This document shows, one piece after another, positions 9,777-19,319 of a stretch of 64,000 bases of DNA (positions are counted from its first letter, which is position 1; each line of letters starts with the position of its first letter). Both the position numbers and the translations under genes were made by a program. Below the pieces are notes generated by a model. That model did no database searches and was not told where the DNA came from. It was given only the letters and a program-made list of their open reading frames with translations. Source of the DNA: an uncultured Lachnospiraceae bacterium. GTDB lineage: Bacteria; Bacillota; Clostridia; Lachnospirales; Lachnospiraceae. Location of the stretch: contig CAJTVK010000005.1 of assembly GCA_910579645.1 (NCBI GenBank), positions 703 through 64,702 of the forward strand, given 5' to 3'.

Positions 9777-11018
9777 ATGTCTTTATCTATAAGCAATAAT
9801 GGGCTGAATTTAATAAAGAGATTTGAAAGCTGTAAGCTTACCGCCTATAAAGCCGTAAACACCGAAAAGTACTGGACTATAGGATGGGGACATTATGGTC
9901 CCGATGTAAGGCAGGGACAAACAATTACTCAGTCACAAGCTGATGCATATCTAAAATCAGATTGCGCAACTGCTGAAAAGGCTGTAAACCGCTATAGCGG
10001 TAAATATCACTGGAACCAAAACCAGTTTGATGCCCTTGTCAGTTTCACGTTTAATTGTGGCATCGGCAACTTGAATACGTTACTAAACAATGGGAATCGT
10101 GCCATTTCTGAGATCAGCGCAAAAATTACGGCATACAATAAATCCGGCGGCAAAATATTGAAAGGGCTTGTAACAAGACGCGAAACGGAAAAGGAGTTGT
10201 TTGACAAATCTGTAGCCCCCACATCATCTATTGCCATTTCCAATTCTGTTCAATTTATAAAGCCAGTCTCTTATCTTCAGACCGACCCGAAATGGAAAAA
10301 TCATAATTATTCTGCAAAAGGTGAGAAGAAAACCATCGGAAGTTCCGGATGTGGAGTCACCGCATCCGCAATGGTAATCGCCACCCTGAAAGATAAAAAT
10401 GTTACACCGATAACTACTGCTGAATGGTCTATGGCTCACGGATATAAAGCACTTAATCAGGGCACTTACTATTCCTATTTTGTTCCTCAATTTAATCAGT
10501 ATGGAATCACATGCAGGCAATTGAACTCATCCAATTTATACGGCAAGCCATCTTCTTCCGCTCATACAGAGGCACTAAATGCCTTGAAAAATGGCAATTG
10601 GGTAATTGCCTGTATGGGAAAAGGGCAATATACTTCATCCGGACACTTTATCCTTCTATATAAATATGAAAACGGATATATTTATGTGAACGATCCGGCA
10701 TCAACAAAAGCTGACAGAATTAAAAACACTTGGGATTTATTTGCTAAACAGGTTAAATATATGTGGGTTATTACCGTCCCTGACAGTTTTAAGCCAAAAA
10801 CACCCATCAGTTCCATCAGTAACAAAATTGGGAAAATATCGAATTGCACAAATTTGAATATGAGAAAAGAACCACAGATAAAAAATGGAAATGTAGTAAA
10901 AATTCTAAGCAGAAATGACGAAGTGTATGTATTATCAGAAAAAAACAATTGGTATCAAATTAAGACTAAAGATAATATTGTTGGATATGTTTCCGGCAAA
11001 TATGTTGTAATTTTATGA
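9777..11018 (+). CDS. Endolysin: GH24 lysozyme + C39-like cysteine peptidase + SH3b
   Basis: FESCKLTAY..TIGWGH, NQFDALVSFTFN, GLVTRR.E (GH24); YLQTDPKW, SGCG, GHFILL, VNDP (C39); LNMR...W...GYVSGKYV (SH3b). Confidence 0.85.
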   Translation: MSLSISNNGLNLIKRFESCKLTAYKAVNTEKYWTIGWGHYGPDVRQGQTITQSQADAYLKSDCATAEKAVNRYSGKYHWNQNQFDALVSFTFNCGIGNLNTLLNNGNRAISEISAKITAYNKSGGKILKGLVTRRETEKELFDKSVAPTSSIAISNSVQFIKPVSYLQTDPKWKNHNYSAKGEKKTIGSSGCGVTASAMVIATLKDKNVTPITTAEWSMAHGYKALNQGTYYSYFVPQFNQYGITCRQLNSSNLYGKPSSSAHTEALNALKNGNWVIACMGKGQYTSSGHFILLYKYENGYIYVNDPASTKADRIKNTWDLFAKQVKYMWVITVPDSFKPKTPISSISNKIGKISNCTNLNMRKEPQIKNGNVVKILSRNDEVYVLSEKNNWYQIKTKDNIVGYVSGKYVVIL

Positions 11019-11038
11019 AGAAAGGCGATATCATGTAG

Positions 11039-11713
11039 ATGGGAGAAATAAATGAATTGCTCAATATTAATTTTTCTTATGTTCTAATGTCTGTATTTAT
11101 TATACTAGCAGGCATCAAATCAATTGTCACTATATTTGAGTGGGTTGTTGATAAACTTGGATTAGAAACTAAATGGATGAGGGGAAAACGGGAGGAACAT
11201 GATCTCCTTCTTCAAACCTCACAGAATCTTGCAGATTTACGCAATCAACACAATCATGATGTGGAAGAGTCCAATACACATGATGAAAATATAAAAGAAG
11301 AATTGTCTACCTTTATGACAGAAATCAGATTGTCCGTTGCAAAAACACAGTCAGAAATAAAACAGTTTGCCGAAAACAGAATAAAAGACAGGAAACAATC
11401 TTTGGAGATTCAAAAAGAATTGACAGACTCAATAAAAAGTATAGCTGAGTACAATTCCAGCAAAGACAAACAGATTGAAAATCTAATGGCTGCTCAGAGA
11501 GAAGTCTTAGCCGATAAGATTAACGAGAAGTATAAATATTATATTTCCATCAAAGGAATCCCAGAGGATGAAGTTGATGAGTTTACCAATTTACATACTG
11601 CATATAAAGGAGTCGGCGGTAATCATAGTGGCGATGCAAAATATGAATACTGCATGAATCACCTACAAGTGATTCCCGTGAAAACAAAATTGGTAATCAA
11701 CGATAATAAATAA
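11039..11713 (+). CDS. Membrane-anchored coiled-coil phage lysis-region protein
   Basis: N-terminal TM, coiled coil, C-terminal YKGVGGNH motif. Confidence 0.6.
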   Translation: MGEINELLNINFSYVLMSVFIILAGIKSIVTIFEWVVDKLGLETKWMRGKREEHDLLLQTSQNLADLRNQHNHDVEESNTHDENIKEELSTFMTEIRLSVAKTQSEIKQFAENRIKDRKQSLEIQKELTDSIKSIAEYNSSKDKQIENLMAAQREVLADKINEKYKYYISIKGIPEDEVDEFTNLHTAYKGVGGNHSGDAKYEYCMNHLQVIPVKTKLVINDNK

Positions 11714-11946
11714 TTTTTAAGCGATATCAATCTGTCATATTTTATTATATCATAAAGCATTCAGCATAACAGTTCACCCTGCGGCTTCCCTGTTACGGAA
11801 TCTGCCCATTCCAAGCCGCCTGCGGCGAGGGCAGATTCCCTCTTGGCTAAATTTTCGTAGGCTGAACTCTCACAAAAATATTCACTCACTCTTTATAAGT
11901 CCTGTTTATTGTACTCGCCTTCTGCTACAATATTGTTATATATACT

Positions 11947-12159
11947 GTGGAGGTGGAATTTATGTATGATAAGGATTTTAGGATGATGGAACTTACACTG
12001 AAAGTTTTTGTCAAATATATTGCCATTAAGGTTGATATGTTTGAGTCAGAAATTATTGACGAGCAAAATTTTGATGCAGAAGATATATTTGGGATTATGA
12101 AGTTCAAGCATAAATATATCAGAGATGATTGCTACATGATTGTGGAAGTTGAGATGTGA
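11947..12159 (+). CDS. Small acidic hypothetical protein (likely start ATG 11962)
   Basis: GGAGGTGG RBS ahead of ATG 11962. Confidence 0.5.
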   Translation: MEVEFMYDKDFRMMELTLKVFVKYIAIKVDMFESEIIDEQNFDAEDIFGIMKFKHKYIRDDCYMIVEVEM

Positions 12160-12532
12160 TTGTACAATTATTTATTCTTTTTTGCTATAAGACAAAATAT
12201 GTAATTATCTTTTGAAAAATCTTCTTAATAGTTATATTATTTCACGGTTCTAATACCCCGCTGCTTGCAGCGGGGTTGTTCATTATGTGGTCAACTACAT
12301 TTCTTTTGCATCTAAAAGCATTGGAATTTCCTACCTTTTTTATGCACAGCCCTATGCAGATAAGATATGCCGCTGATGCGGCGCACAGGGCGCGCGGCGG
12401 GTAGGGAAGATGGCTCTTCCCTACTCGATTACATAAAAAGAAAGGACGCAGCCATATGGAACAAGTTTCAAACAAACATATACGGGCATTGGATATATTG
12501 GCCTACTTAAGCAAGAAGGGACACAATGAATA

Positions 12533-13744
12533 ATGTCGAAACCTATAGTAAATAAAATAACTCCTTTTGATGCCGCAATGGACAAAGCAGTCAGTTTTTC
12601 TTGGAACGGCAGCCAGTCATACGCAAACCGCTTAGTCATATATAATGCAGATACCATGGGCATCATATATGACAGAAAAATAAGCGCATTCCCCCATACC
12701 CATATCATACCTGCCGGGACTCTTGCCAACGGAAGGAAATGGATAGCACAGTTTCAGACCTTTGACATAAATGATTCCGCCAGCGAATTATCTGATAAAA
12801 CATACTTCCAGACCCTGAAGACACCACTCTTCTACTTTTATGGGCTGGCAGACGGGCAGACAATATACTCTGCATCTTATGATGCCCAGATATACTATTT
12901 ACAGGAGAACTATGAGGACATCCAGTCTTTCAGGTTTTATCTTTATGACGGCACAAAGACGCTGCTGTCAGAAAGCGAAACCATGTATGACAGCACAAAA
13001 ATAAGATACCAATACAAGGGGCTTGACAACCATACCCTATACTATTTCCGCTGTCATGGGATGACTGTAAGCGGCATGGAAATTGACACTGGGTACATCC
13101 GGATATACACGGATTACAGGCGTCCTGGGAAATACAGCATCATCTATGCAGAGAATGACCCGCTGCACGGCTACATGAAATACCATACTAACATAGCAGT
13201 GATACAATATAACGGCAACAAGACATTTAATTTCGAGAATGGGATGATAGATTTACGGGGCGACAATGAAGGAATCTATTATGACACCGGCTTTGTAATA
13301 GACGGGGACTTCACATTGAAGTTGCGCGGCATGTACCTGAACCAGACGGCTACCCTACTGGAACTTAGGAACACAAGGCATTCCATTACCGTAAACTCAT
13401 ATCTATATGAAGATGGGACGACCCGCTTCAAATTGGATGTCCCGAATGGGCTTGGACATTATATCCTGTATTCCGATGCCCTTGCGTTCAACTCCACCGA
13501 CATGGTTTGCATATGGATACGGAAGGTAAATGACATTTACCAATTGGAAGTAATTGCAGACCCAGATTACATAGGCACGGACAATATCTGGTACGGACAG
13601 CAGATGCCGCCCAACCCAAGCACCTATGATGTATGGATTGACGCTCCGAACCTGTTCACTTACGTTGTCAGCAAGGATGACATGAAAACTCATTACTCTG
13701 ACGGCGAGCCAGCTGACGCAGATGTGAATGATATATGGAATTAG
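12533..13744 (+). CDS. Phage tail/baseplate protein with Fn3-like beta-sandwich domains
   Basis: FSWNG...GTLANG..W and YRY.GL.N.T.YYFR patterns; first gene of distal tail cluster. Confidence 0.6.
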   Translation: MSKPIVNKITPFDAAMDKAVSFSWNGSQSYANRLVIYNADTMGIIYDRKISAFPHTHIIPAGTLANGRKWIAQFQTFDINDSASELSDKTYFQTLKTPLFYFYGLADGQTIYSASYDAQIYYLQENYEDIQSFRFYLYDGTKTLLSESETMYDSTKIRYQYKGLDNHTLYYFRCHGMTVSGMEIDTGYIRIYTDYRRPGKYSIIYAENDPLHGYMKYHTNIAVIQYNGNKTFNFENGMIDLRGDNEGIYYDTGFVIDGDFTLKLRGMYLNQTATLLELRNTRHSITVNSYLYEDGTTRFKLDVPNGLGHYILYSDALAFNSTDMVCIWIRKVNDIYQLEVIADPDYIGTDNIWYGQQMPPNPSTYDVWIDAPNLFTYVVSKDDMKTHYSDGEPADADVNDIWN

Positions 13745-13747
13745 GAG

Positions 13748-14686
13748 GTGGGACAATTGTTTTTTCTATCAAAGGCCATATTGGGCGCCGACAGGAACAC
13801 TGCCGCCCTCACGCCCACTCATGTGAACAACGTTACATATGTCCGAATTGCCAACGGGCTTTATGACTGCCTGTACATAACAAGGGAGACTTCATCCGAG
13901 CCTTCCATGGACTGCCCGGACGAATGGGACTTTGACACGATACTGCATGCGGATTTCAGCAACTCAACAAATGCCGGCAACGTGGACTGGAACTTAAGGA
14001 CTGTGTCCCACCTTCTCATAAAACGGAGGAACACGGAAAAATTTAAGTGGAACACAATTGCCGTAAGGGAAGTGCATACGCTTGAGGACTTCACGGAAGG
14101 ACTTAGGGGGAATGACTACACAAACGCATGCCATGTGGAATATGAGTATGCCGTAGTCCCGATATTCCATGGCTTGGAGGAGGGGACATATTACACCACG
14201 TTTGTCGATTCAGAGTTCAATGACATATTCATAGTCGAGAAGAACTGCATATTCGGGACTCCCGCCACTGACGGGTACTGTGACACGACCAGAAGAATAC
14301 CGTCTTCTATCAATGAAACCATCAGCAACAGATACCCGACATATATCAGGAACACAGTCTCAAATTACGACAAGGGAAGCTGCAAGGGCATGTTTGTGGA
14401 ACTGGACGAGGAAAACTGCGATTTAGTGGTTGACGATGCATTGCGGATACCATACCAAAGAAAAATCATGGACTTCCTTGCTGACGGAATGCCAAAGATC
14501 TTAAAGCACTTCGATGGGAGGATTTGGCTCATGACAGTAACAGGCGACCCGACAGACACCGCAGACACCACATACAAAAACAGGGACATCTCTTTTGAGT
14601 GGGCTGAGATTGGGGACTATGATTCGGAAAGGGATTTATATTATACGAACCTGTCAGACATCGAGGAAAGGTGGTGGAACAAATGA
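13748..14686 (+). CDS. Phage distal tail/baseplate protein
   Basis: YEYAVVP, FLADG.PKILK.FDGRIW and ISFEWAEIG patterns; GGAGG RBS. Confidence 0.6.
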   Translation: MGQLFFLSKAILGADRNTAALTPTHVNNVTYVRIANGLYDCLYITRETSSEPSMDCPDEWDFDTILHADFSNSTNAGNVDWNLRTVSHLLIKRRNTEKFKWNTIAVREVHTLEDFTEGLRGNDYTNACHVEYEYAVVPIFHGLEEGTYYTTFVDSEFNDIFIVEKNCIFGTPATDGYCDTTRRIPSSINETISNRYPTYIRNTVSNYDKGSCKGMFVELDEENCDLVVDDALRIPYQRKIMDFLADGMPKILKHFDGRIWLMTVTGDPTDTADTTYKNRDISFEWAEIGDYDSERDLYYTNLSDIEERWWNK

Positions 14687-16347
14687 TTACGGCGAGGGAT
14701 TTAAAACTGATGCTCCAAAAGCCACAGCATTTCCTCCTGAAAATGGAGGTGCTTAGGGATGACGGAAAGACCGTGCTTGACACCCTGAAAGGAACCCTTG
14801 CCGGAGGAACTGCCTCTATCGACAGTTCCTCTTCTGTCCGAAGGACTTTCTCGGCTTCATTAATCCCAACCTTATATGACAGGAATGACGCAAAGATTGA
14901 CGAAAATGGGCTGGTCTGGCTAAATAAGGAAATCAGGCTGTATATCGGCATCATGGACATAAGAACCAAGGAATACATATACTACCCTCTTGGGCATTAT
15001 GTATATACAAACACATCCGGCACATATGATGCCGCCACTAACCAACTGTCCATCACATGCAGCGATTATATGTCCAAGCTGGACGGGACAAAAAATGGAC
15101 AAATCGGCGCACTGACAACTAAAATCCCCGCTTACGAGGAAAATGAGGAAACAGGCGAGGTCATCAGACACAACATCATACGCGAAGCAATCATAACCGT
15201 ACTAAAGCAACTGGGCGGCATAAATAATTACATGGTTGACGATATAGGCGAATATAAAGCATTGCCACAGTACAATACCAATTGGCAAGAATACAGGAGC
15301 CAAAACCCTCTATGGAACACCATACCATATGACCTTGAGTTTTCAAGCGGGTGCACCGTGCTGTCCATATTGGAAAAACTCCGCGACTTATATCCCAATT
15401 ATGAGATGTTCTTTAATGAATACAATGTATTCACCTGCCAGATGGTTCCAAGCTGCTATTCGGACGACATCATCCTAAGCAACGAATTCATGCAGGGGAT
15501 TTATATATCCGAAAGCAACAGCATAGACATGGCAAAGGTGCGGAACATATGCGAAGTTTGGGGCAAGGTAATCGAGACGGATTTCTATACAGACCAATGC
15601 AGTTACGTTGACAACATATACCACTGCCCCATTGACGGATACGATGACAATTATTATAACGGCGATAAGATAGCCGTCAAGATACCATCCGCAAACGCTG
15701 CAAGCCCCAAGCTGAATGTCAGCGGCTTAGGGGCCATAGATATCTTAGACGAGAATACGGACACTCCCATATTAAGCAATGCCTTGGAGAAAGATGCTGT
15801 TTTTGTTTTTAAGATAAAAAGCAAAAGGGTGAATGGGCAGACTGTATTCCATGCATATCTCCTAGGACATTGGCAGGCGCACGGAATGAATGTCCTGACT
15901 GACGGGACAGTCGGGGGCGACTACGCTTTCCCTGACGGGAAAATATGCAAGAAGTACTCAAAGGAATATTTCCAGATAAAATACAATTGTGAATCCGTGG
16001 AGTTTGAAACCATCCCGGACTCACCGTTCACAGTGCAGAAACTTGGGGAGATACTTGACGTAAAGGCAGGGAATGAATATGAACATATCACATCTGACTC
16101 ACTGGCACTCTCCCGTGCAGAATGGGAGAACCGGAAGAACTCAAGGCTCACGGACAGCATAACGCTTACAACAATCCTTGTTCCGTTTTACGACGTTAAT
16201 ATCAAACTGCTGTATCAAAATTCCAATTCAAATGCCCCAGAGCAGTATATCATCAAGTCTGTATCTCATGATTTTAGTGCCGGCACTTCTACACTGTCTT
16301 TAATGAAATTTTATCCATTATACAATAACGAAACAGAAAGGTTGTGA
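14671..16347 (+). CDS. Phage baseplate hub (Tal-like) protein
   Basis: SIDSSSSVRRT, C.DYMSKLDG, IPYDLEF, YPNYEMFF patterns; position in tail cluster. Confidence 0.6.
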   Translation: MVEQMITARDLKLMLQKPQHFLLKMEVLRDDGKTVLDTLKGTLAGGTASIDSSSSVRRTFSASLIPTLYDRNDAKIDENGLVWLNKEIRLYIGIMDIRTKEYIYYPLGHYVYTNTSGTYDAATNQLSITCSDYMSKLDGTKNGQIGALTTKIPAYEENEETGEVIRHNIIREAIITVLKQLGGINNYMVDDIGEYKALPQYNTNWQEYRSQNPLWNTIPYDLEFSSGCTVLSILEKLRDLYPNYEMFFNEYNVFTCQMVPSCYSDDIILSNEFMQGIYISESNSIDMAKVRNICEVWGKVIETDFYTDQCSYVDNIYHCPIDGYDDNYYNGDKIAVKIPSANAASPKLNVSGLGAIDILDENTDTPILSNALEKDAVFVFKIKSKRVNGQTVFHAYLLGHWQAHGMNVLTDGTVGGDYAFPDGKICKKYSKEYFQIKYNCESVEFETIPDSPFTVQKLGEILDVKAGNEYEHITSDSLALSRAEWENRKNSRLTDSITLTTILVPFYDVNIKLLYQNSNSNAPEQYIIKSVSHDFSAGTSTLSLMKFYPLYNNETERL

Positions 16348-16352
16348 TTTAA

Positions 16353-17000
16353 CTGAATAGTTCAAGAATCTTTGAGCCTGAAATCATTATAAATCCAGAT
16401 ATACGCACAATAACAGTTCCTGATGAATTATACAATATCGGGGTTGTATCTGACAATAATGCTGAAACGGTAAACATAAGAATACCACGTTTTTTTGATG
16501 ATTGTGATTTTTCCAAAAAAGACTGCACAATATCATATAACAATGCTTTAAAAGAACGCGGCGTATATACTGTAAGAGGGATGGAGATAAAAAACGATTC
16601 TTTGCTGCTCCACTGGCATATATCAAATCATGTAACAAAAAAAAGCGGTAAAATATACTTTGTAGTAGAGTTTAAGAAAAATGTGAATGAACGTGGAATG
16701 CCATACTTCTGGTCTACTTTGCCGGCAGAATTAAATGTTATGGCTAGTCTGGATGATAATATTGTCATAACTGAAAATGATAGTTCATTATATCGCTCCT
16801 TACTTTCATCTTTACAGGCAACAGATAAAAGAGTAGCGGAGTTAATGCAAAAAGTCGGGCAAATGGCAAACTCAGAATTTGATTCACTAAAAACAGAATT
16901 AGACGAAATAAAATCTACGGTTCAGGCTTTATCAGAAAATGCTGCTTACATAAATATTGGACACATTACTGACAACAAAATAGACGATTTATTTTCTTAA
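16353..17000 (+). CDS. BppU-like upper baseplate protein, probable CTG start
   Basis: ORF 16581..17000 extends in frame to CTG 16353 behind GAAAGG; extension aligns with N-terminus of paralog 17069..18022. Confidence 0.65.
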   Translation: MNSSRIFEPEIIINPDIRTITVPDELYNIGVVSDNNAETVNIRIPRFFDDCDFSKKDCTISYNNALKERGVYTVRGMEIKNDSLLLHWHISNHVTKKSGKIYFVVEFKKNVNERGMPYFWSTLPAELNVMASLDDNIVITENDSSLYRSLLSSLQATDKRVAELMQKVGQMANSEFDSLKTELDEIKSTVQALSENAAYINIGHITDNKIDDLFS

Positions 17001-17068
17001 TTAATATATGCAAGCATATCATAATTTTATCATGCAGCCACTATAGCCAAGAAAGGATTTAAAATTTA

Positions 17069-18022
17069 ATGACAACATCCAACATATATGAACCCGAACT
17101 CAGAATAAACCCTAATACAAGAAAGATATTTGTTCCGCATGAACTGTATAATGTCTGCGTCTCCACGGATGACAATTCAGAAATTATAAAAATCAGGATG
17201 CCTAGGTATTTTGACGGATATGATCTCGCAAGCAAGGAATGCTCCATAATATACAATAACGCATTAAAGGAAAGAGGAAAATATAAAATAACAGATATGG
17301 AGATATTCGATGACTCGCTGTTGCTCTACTGGTGCATATCCAATCATGCCGCAAAGGCAAAAGGCAAGATATATTTTGTCGTCGAATTTAAAGCAAGCAA
17401 TGCTGAACATAATAAAACATATTCATGGTCTACCATGCCGGCAGAACTGAACATACTGCCATGGCTTGACAATAATGTAAGCTATACAGACAGCAGCAAT
17501 GACAGCAACATAATAGAAAGCATAAGGCAGGATTCCCATAAGCATCAAAACATGGATGTGCTGAACAGAATAACTCATGAAATGATAGGACTGCTTCCGT
17601 ATATTAAGCCAGCTTATGAGTCCATTATAAATCATATATCCAAAATAGGGGAATCGGATGGCATGCATGTTCCTAACGGAGGAGAGGTCGGACAAGTTTT
17701 GGGGCGCGTGTCAAATCCTCCCGGCTCCGAAAGTTCCCCATATGCATGGATAGATATGGAAGCAGGTGGGGATGCTGAAATACCGGAGAATGTGAGTGCA
17801 TTTAAGAACGACGCAGGATATCAAAATGTGGATGGCGTAAAAAGAATAGTCACAGAAAATATATCGGGAAAGGTTGACAAAATAGCAGGAAAGGGATTGT
17901 CAGAAAACGATTACACTAATGACGACAAAAACAAATTAATCGGCATTCCCAATATTATATTTTCTACAGATATACCAAGCGAATTAGACCAAAATACAAT
18001 ATGCTTTGTTTATGAAGACTGA
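17069..18022 (+). CDS. BppU-like baseplate/tail-fibre protein
   Basis: D.NSE...I.MPRYFDGYDL, W.IS...G.I.F.VEF; C-terminal SAFKNDAGY and KVDKIAGKGLSENDYT fibre motifs. Confidence 0.7.
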   Translation: MTTSNIYEPELRINPNTRKIFVPHELYNVCVSTDDNSEIIKIRMPRYFDGYDLASKECSIIYNNALKERGKYKITDMEIFDDSLLLYWCISNHAAKAKGKIYFVVEFKASNAEHNKTYSWSTMPAELNILPWLDNNVSYTDSSNDSNIIESIRQDSHKHQNMDVLNRITHEMIGLLPYIKPAYESIINHISKIGESDGMHVPNGGEVGQVLGRVSNPPGSESSPYAWIDMEAGGDAEIPENVSAFKNDAGYQNVDGVKRIVTENISGKVDKIAGKGLSENDYTNDDKNKLIGIPNIIFSTDIPSELDQNTICFVYED

Positions 18023-18177
18023 TGAGGAACATTTTGAGCATTTATTTCAAGGACAATAACCATTCTTCCATAAACAATATATCTGATTGCAGATGTTCCA
18101 TAACCAAAAGGCAAGCTTTATGACCAAAAATATATTGGCTCATTAAACGGCTCATGCTATGGCACAATAAAGTATAG

Positions 18178-18624
18178 AATAAGTCCAGACAGCATCCAGA
18201 TGTCCGATGGCGTTGGCAGGCTACAAATGTCAATGGGGAATGGAAATGGGACACATCCTTCATTACTTCCGGCGCAAGCCGGACAAAAAATATCGTCACT
18301 TCATTTGCATATGGAAATAGCCGTGGATTTGTAAATATATACAAATATAATGCAGGAAACAAAAATGCTTATTACATGTTCTATACAAGCAAAAACGGTA
18401 CTGACTGGACTGAATACCCATCCATAAGTATGCAGGGGAGTTACATGGACAAATCAAACAGGGTATATTTTTTTGATGGGATAAATAAATTTGTCTGCAT
18501 AAATAAGAATTCAAATTCTACTTATATGATTTCTGTGTCATCAAATGGGGCTTTAAGCAGCAGTTGTGGCTATATTCCAGAAACCAATGCAGTCATTATA
18601 CAAAATAATCTAAGAAAGGAATAA
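18178..18624 (+). pseudogene. 5'-truncated phage tail protein fragment
   Basis: Frame of ORF 18376..18624 is open from 18178 after a TAG, with no start codon or RBS there. Confidence 0.4.
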
Positions 18625-18628
18625 ATAA

Positions 18629-18991
18629 ATGATTAGTTCAAGCGATTTCATAGCGCAGAATTCCTCATCATACACACAGGAATACAGCAGGTTCCCGCAT
18701 CAAGTAATCACGCAGCATCATTTCAGGGATGCGGACAATTCCGTTGCGTCTCTCATCAACGCAATAAACAGCCATAAGATGCAGGGGAACTTTGACATAG
18801 CAAGCAAGCTGATAGCGGAGAACGCAAATCTATTGGCACATTATACGATAGACGCGTCAACAATCAACACGATCGAGGAGGAAATAAGGAATGCCCAAGT
18901 GATGGTATTGCAGAAACACCAGTGTGTCTATTATGACGAGACTGAGCCGGAATACTGCGCAGTGGGCGACTTGTGGGAAGGGGGGTTATGA
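18629..18991 (+). CDS. Small phage tail protein
   Basis: AAAGGA RBS; ends with EP....GDLW motif; similar to next gene. Confidence 0.6.
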   Translation: MISSSDFIAQNSSSYTQEYSRFPHQVITQHHFRDADNSVASLINAINSHKMQGNFDIASKLIAENANLLAHYTIDASTINTIEEEIRNAQVMVLQKHQCVYYDETEPEYCAVGDLWEGGL

Positions 18992-18992
18992 A

Positions 18993-19298
18993 TTGGTTTA
19001 CCCATATACTTCCATTTTCCCTAACGGGATAGACAAACGAACATTTTTCTGTGATGCGGACTTAAACACAAAATCATATCAAGACAAGTATAACGGGCTA
19101 TTGGAGCAGGGGAAGTACTCCGATGCCGCTACTCTGTTGGCGCAGAGTCCTATCCATTCATACACGGCGGGGATTCTGAATTATATAGAGGTGAAGACAA
19201 AGCACTTGCAGGACTATGTTCTTGCGAAGGAAAAATATAACCCATATCACGTTTCTGACACAGAGCCTGACATAGATATAGGCGAAATTTGGTTTTAA
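18993..19298 (+). CDS. Small phage tail protein (TTG start inferred)
   Basis: S.FP..ID...F.DAD pattern shared with upstream gene; ends EPDIDIGEIWF. Confidence 0.55.
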   Translation: MVYPYTSIFPNGIDKRTFFCDADLNTKSYQDKYNGLLEQGKYSDAATLLAQSPIHSYTAGILNYIEVKTKHLQDYVLAKEKYNPYHVSDTEPDIDIGEIWF

Positions 19299-19319
19299 AG
19301 ACAGGAAGGAGACATAAAA

